Shown: positions 1 through 8,165 of the stretch, one piece after another | How positions within the stretch are numbered: the first letter of the stretch is position 1 | Layout of the letters: each line of letters starts with the position of its first letter | Source of the DNA: Halostagnicola sp. A-GB9-2 | GTDB lineage: Archaea; Halobacteriota; Halobacteria; Halobacteriales; Natrialbaceae | DNA: 24,000 nucleotides | NCBI RefSeq assembly: GCF_030068615.1 | Contig: NZ_JASJOC010000001.1 | Span: 851,045-875,044 of the forward strand | Direction: 5' to 3' | Made by a program: the position numbers and the translations under genes | Notes under the pieces: model-generated | What the model saw: only the letters and a program-made list of their open reading frames with translations | Told to the model about the DNA's origin: nothing | Database searches by the model: none

Positions 1-764
1 GGAGCGACGACTTCGATCCCGAACGGCGCGTCGGGGAAACGGTGATCGTCGGCGGCGGAATCAGCGCCGGCCAGTTGGCGACCTGCCTCGCCGAGCGCGG
101 ACCCGGTCGGACGGGAACGGATCCGGCGACGTCCCACGAATCGGTCACGATGCTCGCCCGCCATCCATTCGAGCGGGCCGTCACCGAAGCCGACCCACGC
201 TGGATCAACTGGGGGCACGTCGAGACCAACCTGCACTGTCACCCGCCGGGCTCTCGAGCGCGCTATGAAACCGTCCAATCGGTCCGAAACGACTCGACGA
301 TGCCGCCGTACCTCCACGACCGGCTCGAAGATCTGGTCGAGACCGACGATCTCGCTGTCCGTCGGAGCGCGGTCGACTCAGCGAGATGCGTCGACAGCGG
401 GTCGTCGGCGAACGCGAGCGAGAAACGAGTTCGTCTCCTGCTCGAGGACGGCGGTTGTCTCTCGGCGGATCGGGTCGTGCTCGCGACCGGTTTCGAACCG
501 GTCTACGAGCACCCGTTCGTGAAACGGCTCGCCGCCGATCTGGACCTCGAGCGAGGGTATCGCGGAATGCCCGTCCTCGAGGACGAGAGCCTCGCCTGGC
601 GGCGAACGGACGGAACGACGTCGCCGCTGTTCGTCTCCGGCGCGCTCGCGGCGGGAACTGTGGGTGCGCTCGCGGGCAACATCGCGGGCGCACGACGGAG
701 CGCGGATCGGATCACGGACGCGATCGAGACGGGGGCGCTCGAGGCGGCTGAATGCCCACCGTAG
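1..764 (+). CDS. FAD/NAD(P)-binding oxidoreductase, C-terminal part (5' end lies upstream of the window)
   Basis: Frame 3 is open from nt 3, so the GTG at 42 in the ORF track is probably internal. It has the dinucleotide-binding motif 'VIVGGGISAGQLA', then 'VVLATGFEP' and a C-terminal 'LFVSGALAAG..GARRSADRI', typical of two-Rossmann-domain flavoproteins. Stop is TAG at 762-764. Confidence 0.6.
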   Translation, partial: SDDFDPERRVGETVIVGGGISAGQLATCLAERGPGRTGTDPATSHESVTMLARHPFERAVTEADPRWINWGHVETNLHCHPPGSRARYETVQSVRNDSTMPPYLHDRLEDLVETDDLAVRRSAVDSARCVDSGSSANASEKRVRLLLEDGGCLSADRVVLATGFEPVYEHPFVKRLAADLDLERGYRGMPVLEDESLAWRRTDGTTSPLFVSGALAAGTVGALAGNIAGARRSADRITDAIETGALEAAECPP

Positions 765-907
765 GCGGACAGACTGTTAAAATTCTCTGTGAGAGCCCGA
801 TGGCATCCGTATCGACTCTGTCCGCCAGTGCCAAACGTCTATCCACGAACGTGCATCACAGACGTAACCCGAAAGCGTTTTTGAGCACGGTTACGGGGAT
901 TCACGTA

Positions 908-1162
908 ATGACTGCCTACACCGCCACGGTGACGGTTCGTCTCAAACACGGCGTCCTCGATCCCGAGGCCGAGACCACCAAACGCTCCCTCGAGCGTCTG
1001 GGCTTCGATCTCGAGGCGCTTCGCTCGGCCGACCGCTTCGAGATCGACCTCGAGGCCGACTCCGCGGGCAACGCCGAGGAGGAAGTCGAAGAGATGGCCG
1101 AACGACTGCTCGCGAACCCGACGATCCACGACTACGATATCGACGTGGCCGAACGGGAGTAA
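908..1162 (+). CDS. purS: Phosphoribosylformylglycinamidine synthase subunit PurS
   Basis: 84-aa product 'MTAYTATVTVRLKHGVLDPEAETTKRSLERLGF...ANPTIHDYDIDV' has PurS size and motifs, and sits 8 nt upstream of purQ. ATG at 908 is preferred over the track start at 752, whose extension is not PurS-like. Confidence 0.9.
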   Translation: MTAYTATVTVRLKHGVLDPEAETTKRSLERLGFDLEALRSADRFEIDLEADSAGNAEEEVEEMAERLLANPTIHDYDIDVAERE

Positions 1163-1169
1163 GATCACC

Positions 1170-1850
1170 ATGACTGTATCAATCATCAGGTTCGGCGGCT
1201 CGAACTGCGACCGAGACGCCGAACGCGCGCTTTCCCACCTCGAGATCGACGCCGAGATCGTCTGGCACGAGGACGGCTTGCCGGCCGAGACGACGGGAAT
1301 CGTCCTCCCCGGGGGCTTTTCTTACGGCGACTACCTTCGGGCCGGCGCGATGGCCGCTCGCTCGCCGATTATGGCGGAGGTTCGCGACGCTGCAGCAGAC
1401 GGCGTTCCCGTCCTCGGCGTCTGTAACGGCGCGCAGGTCGGCTGCGAGTCGGGGCTCACCGACGGGGCCTTTACGACCAACGAGAGCGCACGGTTCCAGT
1501 GCGAGCACGTCTACCTCCGCGTCGAGCGCGACGACACGCCCTGGACCGAGGCTTACGACGAGGGCGAGGTTCTCGAGATTCCGATCGCCCACGGCGAAGG
1601 GCGCTATGAAATCGACGACGACCGACTCGAGGAACTCGAGGCCGAAAATCGTGTGCTCTTTCGGTACTGCGACGAAGACGGCGAGTTGACCGAGGACGCC
1701 AATCCCAACGGATCGAAACACAACGTCGCCGGCGTGCTCGGCGACCGAGACTCCGTCGCGGTGTTGATGCCCCACCCCGAACGCGTCACGCTCCCCGACA
1801 TCGGCGGGACCGACGGACAGGGTGTTCTTCGGGGTCTCGAGAGCGTCTGA
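1170..1850 (+). CDS. purQ: Phosphoribosylformylglycinamidine synthase I, glutaminase subunit PurQ
   Basis: Class I amidotransferase signature: 'LPGGFSYGDYLRAG', nucleophile elbow 'GVCNGAQ', catalytic 'MPHPER'. Forms a purS-purQ pair. Confidence 0.93.
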   Translation: MTVSIIRFGGSNCDRDAERALSHLEIDAEIVWHEDGLPAETTGIVLPGGFSYGDYLRAGAMAARSPIMAEVRDAAADGVPVLGVCNGAQVGCESGLTDGAFTTNESARFQCEHVYLRVERDDTPWTEAYDEGEVLEIPIAHGEGRYEIDDDRLEELEAENRVLFRYCDEDGELTEDANPNGSKHNVAGVLGDRDSVAVLMPHPERVTLPDIGGTDGQGVLRGLESV

Positions 1851-2083
1851 TAGCGGACAACGGGATCTTGGGAGCCACGCCGTCTCGAGCAGATCGATTT
1901 TCTCACAGTAGTTGGTAGTGAGTTTCTATATTCAGAGTTGAATGTGAAAGTCGCGATAAATATAGGGCAAGCAGTAATCGGAGAGGATGCAATTCATCCA
2001 ATAACCGTCAGAAATGCTGTTCTATGTAGGGACGTATTGACGGACGACGGAAATGTAAGGTGATTGATCGCCGATCGGTAGTT

Positions 2084-2962
2084 CTACTGACGGATGACTG
2101 CAAGTACCGCTTCGATGAAACGGTCTGGCGCGGTGAGCATCGCCTCGTGAGCGTGCCCATCGAAGGTAACGATCCGGCTGTTCGGGAGCGCATCGTTGAC
2201 CGGGGCCGTCGCATCTTTCAAGAGCGGGGGGCTCTCGCTGCCGGACAACAGCATCGTTGGCGTCGTCATATTGGCGAACCGATCTGCATCGAACTCGTAC
2301 TCGCCGATCGCTGCTAAGCTGCGGGGCCAGACGTGTGCCGCATCCACGAGGTCTGACCAATCCGAAGCCGAGCGTTGCGCGTCGATTTCCTCCGGCGTAG
2401 ATTGGGCGATTTCTTGGAGGAACAGCACGAGTACCTGTTCGTTCTCACCCACTTTCAGCAGCCGCTCCATTTCAGCGAGTACCTCATCGGAGTAGAGTTC
2501 GTGATCGCCGAACGCAATCGGTGGTTCGTACAGGATGAGTTCGTGTAGGTTATCGGTTCGCAGGGCCGCCTCCAACGATAAGAGCGCCCCCGATGAGTGC
2601 CCAAGGAGGGTTACAGGCTTGTCGATCGCATCGACGACCGCAGCCACGTCCTCGAACTCCCGTTCCAAGTCGTACTCGTCGGCGTTGCCGGAAGCGGACG
2701 CTTCCGGCTGGCCAACCGAGCTTCGCTCGGTGGCGTCGCCGCTTTCGCCGACACCGCGACAATCCATCGCGTAGACCGTGCAGTGGTCCGCGAAGGCGGA
2801 TCGAACGTCGGAGAGTTCCCAGAACCTGTGATCACAGACTCCCCCGTGGACGAGCACGAGCGGTGGCCCGCTTCCCGTCCGTTCGAAAGCAATCTCGGTC
2901 CCGTCTGCGGACGTGACTGTTTTCATCTCTTCTCCCGTGACGGGTGATGTTGATTCGGTCAT
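2084..2962 (-). CDS. Alpha/beta-fold hydrolase
   Basis: Oxyanion-region motif 'LVLVHGG', nucleophile elbow 'GHSSG', C-terminal 'DGHAHEAML' (catalytic His region). ATG at 2962 is preferred; GTG at 2974 is an alternative start. Confidence 0.8.
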   Translation of the reverse strand: MTESTSPVTGEEMKTVTSADGTEIAFERTGSGPPLVLVHGGVCDHRFWELSDVRSAFADHCTVYAMDCRGVGESGDATERSSVGQPEASASGNADEYDLEREFEDVAAVVDAIDKPVTLLGHSSGALLSLEAALRTDNLHELILYEPPIAFGDHELYSDEVLAEMERLLKVGENEQVLVLFLQEIAQSTPEEIDAQRSASDWSDLVDAAHVWPRSLAAIGEYEFDADRFANMTTPTMLLSGSESPPLLKDATAPVNDALPNSRIVTFDGHAHEAMLTAPDRFIEAVLAVIRQ

Positions 2963-3028
2963 GGTTGGGTCCACCTGGCTGTATCTGGACCGACGAGGGC
3001 CGTGATAATGACACTATCTAGTGAAATA

Positions 3029-3043
3029 TTGCACGGCGTGCAA
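3029..3043. promoter_or_regulatory. Perfect 15-nt palindrome TTGCACG-G-CGTGCAA abutting a TATA-like AATATTT (minus strand) upstream of the hydrolase gene; candidate operator
   Basis: Read directly from the sequence. It lies between the regulator stop (3071) and the hydrolase start (2962). Its half-sites are shared with the 4197-4212 element. Confidence 0.45.
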
Positions 3044-3070
3044 ACAGGACAGACTGGTTGGTGGGTTTCT

Positions 3071-3913
3071 CTACGGAGCGATAAACTGTTCGGGGACCGG
3101 AGTGTCCAATGCGTCCTCGTCGACTGGTCGCGCCTCCCGACGGTACTGCTCGAAGACCGAGAGGGCCCATTCTCGGGCCTCGGGTGCGTCGGTGTCGATC
3201 CACGCACGCAGTGCTCTGGTTTCGGTATCGTGACAGCAGATACTGACCCGGTCGTCGAAGACATCGATCCCGCACCGCGTCCTGTCGGGAAGGTCGTCGT
3301 GGACGAGGACGGTGCAATGGTTTCGGGCAGCGGCCTTCTTAAACAGGTCGGGGTTCCAATTGGCCGTCGCCGCGAGGACTGCCGGGTCGTACACGTACTC
3401 GATTTCCATGCCGTCGAGGGCGGCCCGACAGAATGCCTCGTTGGCAACCGCTTTGAATATCGTGGCCCCGAGTCCCCACATCGAGTCGCTCTCCTCAACC
3501 AGTTGGATCACGCGGTCGATGGGTTCGTATGGATAGCCCGGGCCGGGATAGACGACGACGGCGTCTGCGAACAGGTCCACGGAGAATCCCTCCATCTCTC
3601 GCGGAAGCCACTGCCAGACGTCACGGAGCTTCCCCTCGGTCTCCATCGCATCACGGAACTCCGTGAACCGTTCAGAGACGAACTCACCAAGCAGTGTGAG
3701 TTGGTACGTCGGCCCGCTCCGTTCGATCCATTGTCGCTCCTCGAAGTCGCCGAGCACGCGTCCAATAGTCGACGCGTGGGCACCAGTCCGGGCCTGTATG
3801 TCTCTCCGATCACAACCCTCCTCGGCGAGTATGTCGAGTATCCCGACCCGGTGGTTCGAGCTGGCGATGAACTCGATTTCATCGATAGGACCCCCCATGG
3901 TAATAGTAATCAT
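3071..3913 (-). CDS. Winged-helix (ArsR-like) transcriptional regulator with C-terminal DUF1724-type domain (FilR1-like family)
   Basis: N-terminal 'EIEFIASSNHRVGILDILAEEGCDRRDIQARTGAHASTIGRVLGDFEERQWIE' is a typical wHTH. The long C-terminal domain resembles the haloarchaeal/methanogen DUF1724 regulators. Alternative start is Met6 (3898). Confidence 0.75.
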   Translation of the reverse strand: MITITMGGPIDEIEFIASSNHRVGILDILAEEGCDRRDIQARTGAHASTIGRVLGDFEERQWIERSGPTYQLTLLGEFVSERFTEFRDAMETEGKLRDVWQWLPREMEGFSVDLFADAVVVYPGPGYPYEPIDRVIQLVEESDSMWGLGATIFKAVANEAFCRAALDGMEIEYVYDPAVLAATANWNPDLFKKAAARNHCTVLVHDDLPDRTRCGIDVFDDRVSICCHDTETRALRAWIDTDAPEAREWALSVFEQYRREARPVDEDALDTPVPEQFIAP

Positions 3914-4192
3914 GGTATCGATGATACTTCTTTTGGGCTCTCCTCGGCTCTATTTGAACCGATTCCAGGGGTAACCCGTGATGAATTTGCGCCCTGTACC
4001 ATCATCTGCAACTGGTCGGAACCCCGGTAGTTAGTTCCCACACGTAGTTACCGAATTTTCCGATTCAGTGTCGGGCACCAGTCTGAATAAAGAAGTCGTT
4101 CCAGTATCTACTTCTCATCTTCTTGAGTCCCAGGTCCACGCGCTATCGGCAACACACTGCTTGTGCGGACGGACGAAACTCACACGAGGAAC

Positions 4193-4218
4193 GACACTTG
4201 CATCGGCTTGCAAGCGTG
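4193..4218. promoter_or_regulatory. Imperfect inverted repeat ACACTTGCA-N6-TGCAAG(C)GTGT (core TTGCA-N6-TGCAA at 4197-4212) about 10 nt upstream of a TATA-like TTTAT (4227-4231); candidate operator in the regulator/catalase divergent region
   Basis: Read directly from the sequence. Located in the 420-bp divergent intergenic region between the regulator (-) and the catalase (+). Confidence 0.4.
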
Positions 4219-4335
4219 TGGATATCGTTTATCCAGCTAGTTGTGGGTCACTAGACGGCGAGGGAACGGACCGTCCATCGATCGGCAGTGGAGGTAATTC
4301 GGTCCGTGACGATCATCTCGAGGAAAATACGATCT

Positions 4336-6651
4336 ATGTCAGAGCACGACCCGACCGACGAGACGGACGCTGTTACCGAGCCATCGAACACAACAGAGAG
4401 CCAAGAGGAAGCGACGACTGACGAATCGAACCGAACCGCAGTAAGTGACGGCGGCACTGACGACGAGTCGGGATCTGGGTCCGACTCGAGCCAGGCGGGA
4501 ACGAGCGACGACGCCGGCGAGTTCGATGAGCAGAGCAAACAGGACCAACTCGATGAAGTCCGCGAAAATCCGGAGGGCGAACAGCTAACGTCCGATCACG
4601 GGGTCAAGATCACCGATACCGACAACTCGCTCAAGGCGGGTGAGCGCGGGCCGACGATCATGGAGGACTTTCACTTCCGGGAGAAGATGACCCAGTTCGA
4701 CCACGAGTCGATTCCCGAACGGGTCGTCCACGCTCGCGGAACGGGAGCTCACGGCTACTTCCAGCCCTACGAGGATCCCGACCTCGGCGACGAGTACGAC
4801 GACATCTCGGAGCTGACGAAAGCCTCGGTGCTGACCGATCCCGACCAGAAGACGCCGGTCTTCACCCGGTTCTCCACGGTCGTCGGTTCTCGAGGGTCGT
4901 CCGACACCGTCCGGGACGTTCGGGGCTTCGCGACGAAGTTCTACACCGAAGAGGGCAACTGGGATCTCGTCGGGAACAACATCCCGGTTTTCTTCATCCA
5001 GGACGCGATGGAATTCCCCGATCTGGTTCACGCGATCAAACCCGAGCCCGACGACGGAATGCCGCAGGCGTCGGCAGCCCACGACACCTTCTGGGATTTC
5101 GCCTCCCTCAAGCCCGAGATCACCCACATGGTCATGTGGGTCCTCTCGGGACGGGCCCTCCCGCGAGCCTACCGGATGATGCAGGGCTTCGGCGTTCACA
5201 CCTTCCGGCTGGTCAACGACGAGGGTGACTCGGTATTCGTCAAGTTCCACTGGACGCCCAAACTCGGCACCCATCAACTCGTCTGGGACGAGACCACGAA
5301 GCTCTGGGGGAAGGACTCGGATTTTAACCGGAAGGGACTCTACAACGTCATCGAGGAGGGGTACGATCCCGAGTGGGAGCTCGGCGTCCAGATCTTCGAC
5401 GAGGAACGGGCCGAGGAGTTCGACTTCGACGTCCTCGATCCGACGAAGATCGTCCCCGAGACCGAGGTCCCGGTCCGGCCGATCGGCAAAATGGTGCTCA
5501 ACGAGACGCCGGACAACTTCTTCGCCGAAACAGAGCAGGTGGCGTTCCACCCCGGCAACGTCGTCCCCGGCATCGACTTCTCGAACGACCCGTTGCTGCA
5601 GGGGCGACTCTTCTCCTATCAGGACACCCAGCTCAATCGGTTCAACAGCGCGAACTGGGACGAGATCCCGATCAACCGGCCCATCGTCGAGCGACACAAC
5701 AACCAGCGCGCCGGCTTCATGCGCCAGGAGATCAACGAAGGGAAAGCGTCGTACAAGCCGAACTCGATCGGCGACGACGATCCACAGGAGGTCCCCGAGG
5801 AGGAAGGCGGCTACGAGCACTACGCCGAGAAGATCGACGGGCAGAAGATCCGCAACCGCAGCGACAGCTTCGAGGAGCACTTCGACCAGGCGCGGCTGTT
5901 CTGGAACAGCATGTCCGAGCCCGAAAAGCAGAACATCGTCGACGCCGCCCACTTCGAACTCGGCAAGGTCGACCGCATGGAGATCCGCGAGCGGATGGTC
6001 TACGACCTGTTCAACAACGTCGACCACGAGTTCGCCACACGCGTTGCCGAGGGAATCGGCGTCGAGCCGCCCGAATCGCCCGGCGACGAGCTACCGGACC
6101 ACGACAGGGAGGATCCGTCGCTCAGCATGGAAAACCGGACCCCGGACACGATCGAGACCCGCAAGATCGCGATGCTGGTCGACGACGGGTTCGACGACGA
6201 CCACGTCTCGGAAATCCGATCAGCCCTCGAGGACGAGGGCGCTCGAGTCAAGATCATCTCGGAACTCCTCGGCGAGAAATCGGGGGCCGACGGCGAGACG
6301 GTCGACGCCGACGAGCATCACGTCGCGGCGGCTTCGGTTTCGTTCGACGCGGTCGTCGTCCCCGGCGGCAGCGAGAGCGTCGACGCAATGACTCAGCAGG
6401 GCGATCCGAAACACTTCGTCGCCGAGGCGTTCAAACACTACAAGCCGATCGCCGCGGTCGGTGAGGGAACGGAACTGTTCGAGGCGGTCGATCTGCCGGA
6501 CACCGAAATCGCCGACGACGGCGACCTCGAGTCGGACGCCGGCGTCGTCACCTGCCGGAACGACGACCTCGACGAGTTCCTCGAGGCGTTCGTCGACGCG
6601 ATAGCCGAGCACCGTCACTGGGGGCGGAATCCGAAGGAAGTACCAGCTTGA
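4336..6651 (+). CDS. katE: Large-subunit monofunctional haem catalase (HPII/KatE-like, clade 2) with acidic N-terminal extension and C-terminal DJ-1/PfpI-like domain
   Basis: Catalase core motifs: 'FDHESIPERVVHARGTGAHGYF' (distal His), 'FTRFSTVVGSRGS..RDVRGFATKFYT', 'GRLFSYQDTQLNR' (proximal Tyr). The roughly 150-aa C-terminal 'KIAMLVDDGFDD...FDAVVVPGG' domain is typical of large-subunit catalases. ATG at 4336 (MSEHDP..) is preferred over 4288. Confidence 0.93.
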   Translation: MSEHDPTDETDAVTEPSNTTESQEEATTDESNRTAVSDGGTDDESGSGSDSSQAGTSDDAGEFDEQSKQDQLDEVRENPEGEQLTSDHGVKITDTDNSLKAGERGPTIMEDFHFREKMTQFDHESIPERVVHARGTGAHGYFQPYEDPDLGDEYDDISELTKASVLTDPDQKTPVFTRFSTVVGSRGSSDTVRDVRGFATKFYTEEGNWDLVGNNIPVFFIQDAMEFPDLVHAIKPEPDDGMPQASAAHDTFWDFASLKPEITHMVMWVLSGRALPRAYRMMQGFGVHTFRLVNDEGDSVFVKFHWTPKLGTHQLVWDETTKLWGKDSDFNRKGLYNVIEEGYDPEWELGVQIFDEERAEEFDFDVLDPTKIVPETEVPVRPIGKMVLNETPDNFFAETEQVAFHPGNVVPGIDFSNDPLLQGRLFSYQDTQLNRFNSANWDEIPINRPIVERHNNQRAGFMRQEINEGKASYKPNSIGDDDPQEVPEEEGGYEHYAEKIDGQKIRNRSDSFEEHFDQARLFWNSMSEPEKQNIVDAAHFELGKVDRMEIRERMVYDLFNNVDHEFATRVAEGIGVEPPESPGDELPDHDREDPSLSMENRTPDTIETRKIAMLVDDGFDDDHVSEIRSALEDEGARVKIISELLGEKSGADGETVDADEHHVAAASVSFDAVVVPGGSESVDAMTQQGDPKHFVAEAFKHYKPIAAVGEGTELFEAVDLPDTEIADDGDLESDAGVVTCRNDDLDEFLEAFVDAIAEHRHWGRNPKEVPA

Positions 6652-6685
6652 AAAGTGCCCGCCCAAAAAGTGCCCGCAAAAACCG
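6651..6685 (-). terminator. Oligo-T terminator region for the minus-strand radical SAM gene; contains a tandem 12-nt direct repeat
   Basis: Minus strand reads CGGTTTTTGCGGGCACTTTTTGGGCGGGCACTTTTC, with three T4-5 tracts immediately after the stop at 6686. Plus-strand repeat AAAAGTGCCCGC occurs at 6651-6662 and 6666-6677. Confidence 0.4.
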
Positions 6686-7765
6686 TTATCGAGTCAGCGG
6701 CTGATTGTAGCCGCGTTCGAGGTCCATCACGGCGTCCCAGGTCGCTTCGCACTCACAACTGACCTGCTCGAAGACCGAGGGATCCTGTCGGAGGTCGAAG
6801 TCCTTGATCGCCTTCTGGACGAGGTCGTCACACTCCTTGCAGTTGTGGGCACCGCGGTCGGAGCCGTGGCCGACGGGGTCGGAGACGACGATCGAGTCGA
6901 CATCTGCAGTTTCCTCAAGGACGTGTGCGACCGACCAGAGCCACGGTGGACGATAGCCGTCTCTAAAGTGGAGTTCGTCGACCATGGTGTAGCGCTGGAC
7001 GTTACACGGGTTCATCGAGACGGTGTGACAGCCGGACACGTCGGCACAGCGCTCGATTGAGGAGATCATGTCCTCGACGGCCTCGGGTTCGCTGAGGAAC
7101 GGCGGCTTCATCAGCAGGTACGCTTTGATCCCCGCGTTCTCGACCTCGGCCGCGGTCGAGCAGGCGTCCTCGAAGTCTGCGAAGTCGAAGTACTTGTTCA
7201 CGCAGTCGTGGCGAACCCGATCCGTGGCGGTCTCGAGGCCGATCGCGATGTCGGCCTGGAGCCCTTCGTCGGTGAAGTCCGTGAGCTTCTCGCGGTCGAC
7301 GAAATCGGGCAGGGACTCGAGGACGATCCGTTCTCGGTCGCCGAAGGTTTCGGCGATTGCTCGGCGGGTTTCGGCGCCCACCTCTCGTTCGTCGAGGAAC
7401 GAACCGGAGGTGTAGATCTTGATGAGTGGCGCTGGACCGTCCGCGTTTTCGGCCTCGTGGGAGAGGCAGACGTCGATCTGATCCAGCAGGGCGTCGTGGG
7501 AGACGCTCCCGCCGTCGACGCTTTCGGCGACGTAACCACACATCGTACAGCCGCCGGCGCGGGCCCAGCGACAGCCGCCGGTATTTAAGATGATCGTCAG
7601 ACTCTCCTTGACGCCGTCGGGCGTATTATCCTCGTCGAGCCAAACGCGGGTGGGCTGGTGGGGATCGTAACTCGCCTCCTTCTCGGAGCGGATCTCCCGC
7701 ATCACCTGATTGTGGGCGTCCATGCCCTTGCCCTGCTCGTAGACTTCGGGCGTGGGTGTACTCAT
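6686..7765 (-). CDS. Radical SAM protein, archaeosine-biosynthesis RaSEA family (TIGR01210-like)
   Basis: Cys cluster 'NTGGCRWARAGGCTMCGY' and conserved N-terminal 'EVYEQGKGMDAHNQVMREIR' match my recollection of haloarchaeal RaSEA proteins. C-terminal Cys pairs 'NCKECD' and 'SCECE'. A TATA-like CTTTAGG lies about 25-30 nt upstream of the ATG. Confidence 0.7.
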   Translation of the reverse strand: MSTPTPEVYEQGKGMDAHNQVMREIRSEKEASYDPHQPTRVWLDEDNTPDGVKESLTIILNTGGCRWARAGGCTMCGYVAESVDGGSVSHDALLDQIDVCLSHEAENADGPAPLIKIYTSGSFLDEREVGAETRRAIAETFGDRERIVLESLPDFVDREKLTDFTDEGLQADIAIGLETATDRVRHDCVNKYFDFADFEDACSTAAEVENAGIKAYLLMKPPFLSEPEAVEDMISSIERCADVSGCHTVSMNPCNVQRYTMVDELHFRDGYRPPWLWSVAHVLEETADVDSIVVSDPVGHGSDRGAHNCKECDDLVQKAIKDFDLRQDPSVFEQVSCECEATWDAVMDLERGYNQPLTR

Positions 7766-7870
7766 TATCGAAGGAAGCGGTCGGACGCCTAAAGCGCCTT
7801 CGTTGCCGCTCGCGTTCGGTAGCCGACGCTACGGGACTGTCCTGATCGCGTCGCGATTACGGAACCGAGA

Positions 7871-8065
7871 CTACAACCGAAGCTCCCGCGTTTCGATGGC
7901 GTCACAGGACGGACAAACGTGCTGGTAGGAGACTCGGTCACCGCTCGTCCGGACGCGCCATCCGCCGTCGGAGTCGACATATCCGCACTGTCGACACCGC
8001 CGTTCAGTATCATCGAACTTCTGTCGAAGCCGGTCGAAAGGTGATCGGCTCTGTTGGGCAGACAT
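7871..8065 (-). CDS. Small C4 zinc-ribbon protein (64 aa)
   Basis: Motifs 'CRQCG' and 'CPSCD' are separated by about 27 residues, and GC3-rich codon use looks coding. A TATA-like TTATTAA (8088-8094, minus) sits 23-29 nt upstream of the ATG, which is leaderless geometry. Confidence 0.65.
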   Translation of the reverse strand: MSAQQSRSPFDRLRQKFDDTERRCRQCGYVDSDGGWRVRTSGDRVSYQHVCPSCDAIETRELRL

Positions 8066-8165
8066 GTGCTATCATAGGACATGGTGCTTAATAACATTCG
8101 GGGTGCTCGATCCTCGGCTCGCCCAACCACAGTACTTCATAGTGAGCGTCTGCGTACGTAGGGAC

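Noticed and set aside
485-503. Strong hairpin-capable inverted repeat GACCGGTT-TCG-AACCGGTC.
   Set aside because: It lies inside the oxidoreductase coding frame (encodes ATGFEPV), with no T tract or intergenic context. It is most simply a coincidence of codon choice.
752-907. N-terminal extensions implied by the ORF-track starts: 752 for purS, 4288 for the catalase, 8064 for the Bat-type regulator, 10242, 13803, 16724, 17293, 17849 for gdh, 19129 for the dehydratase and 21871 for the permease.
   Set aside because: The extensions are basic or low-complexity, are absent from the recognised families, and overlap promoters or neighbouring genes. Downstream ATGs coincide with family N-termini, TATA spacing or 1-nt stop/start overlaps.
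4585-6027. 480-aa ORF antisense to the catalase. Similar long antisense or alternate-frame ORFs occur at 10593-12164 (523 aa), 18143-19090 (315 aa), 19381-20439 (352 aa), 15069-15890, 3002-4030, 5225-6391, 5373-6464, 14126-15844 and 20754-21884.
   Set aside because: These are shadow ORFs, as expected in GC-rich DNA. Their products are Arg/Pro/Gly/Val-rich and basic, with no motifs. The opposite or other frame encodes proteins with unmistakable family signatures and the acidic composition typical of this genome.
7789-8130. 113-aa minus-strand ORF overlapping the zinc-ribbon gene and the divergent promoter.
   Set aside because: It is in a different frame from the CxxC-containing ORF, has no motifs, and runs through the promoter region. 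The 64-aa zinc-ribbon frame is the better explanation.
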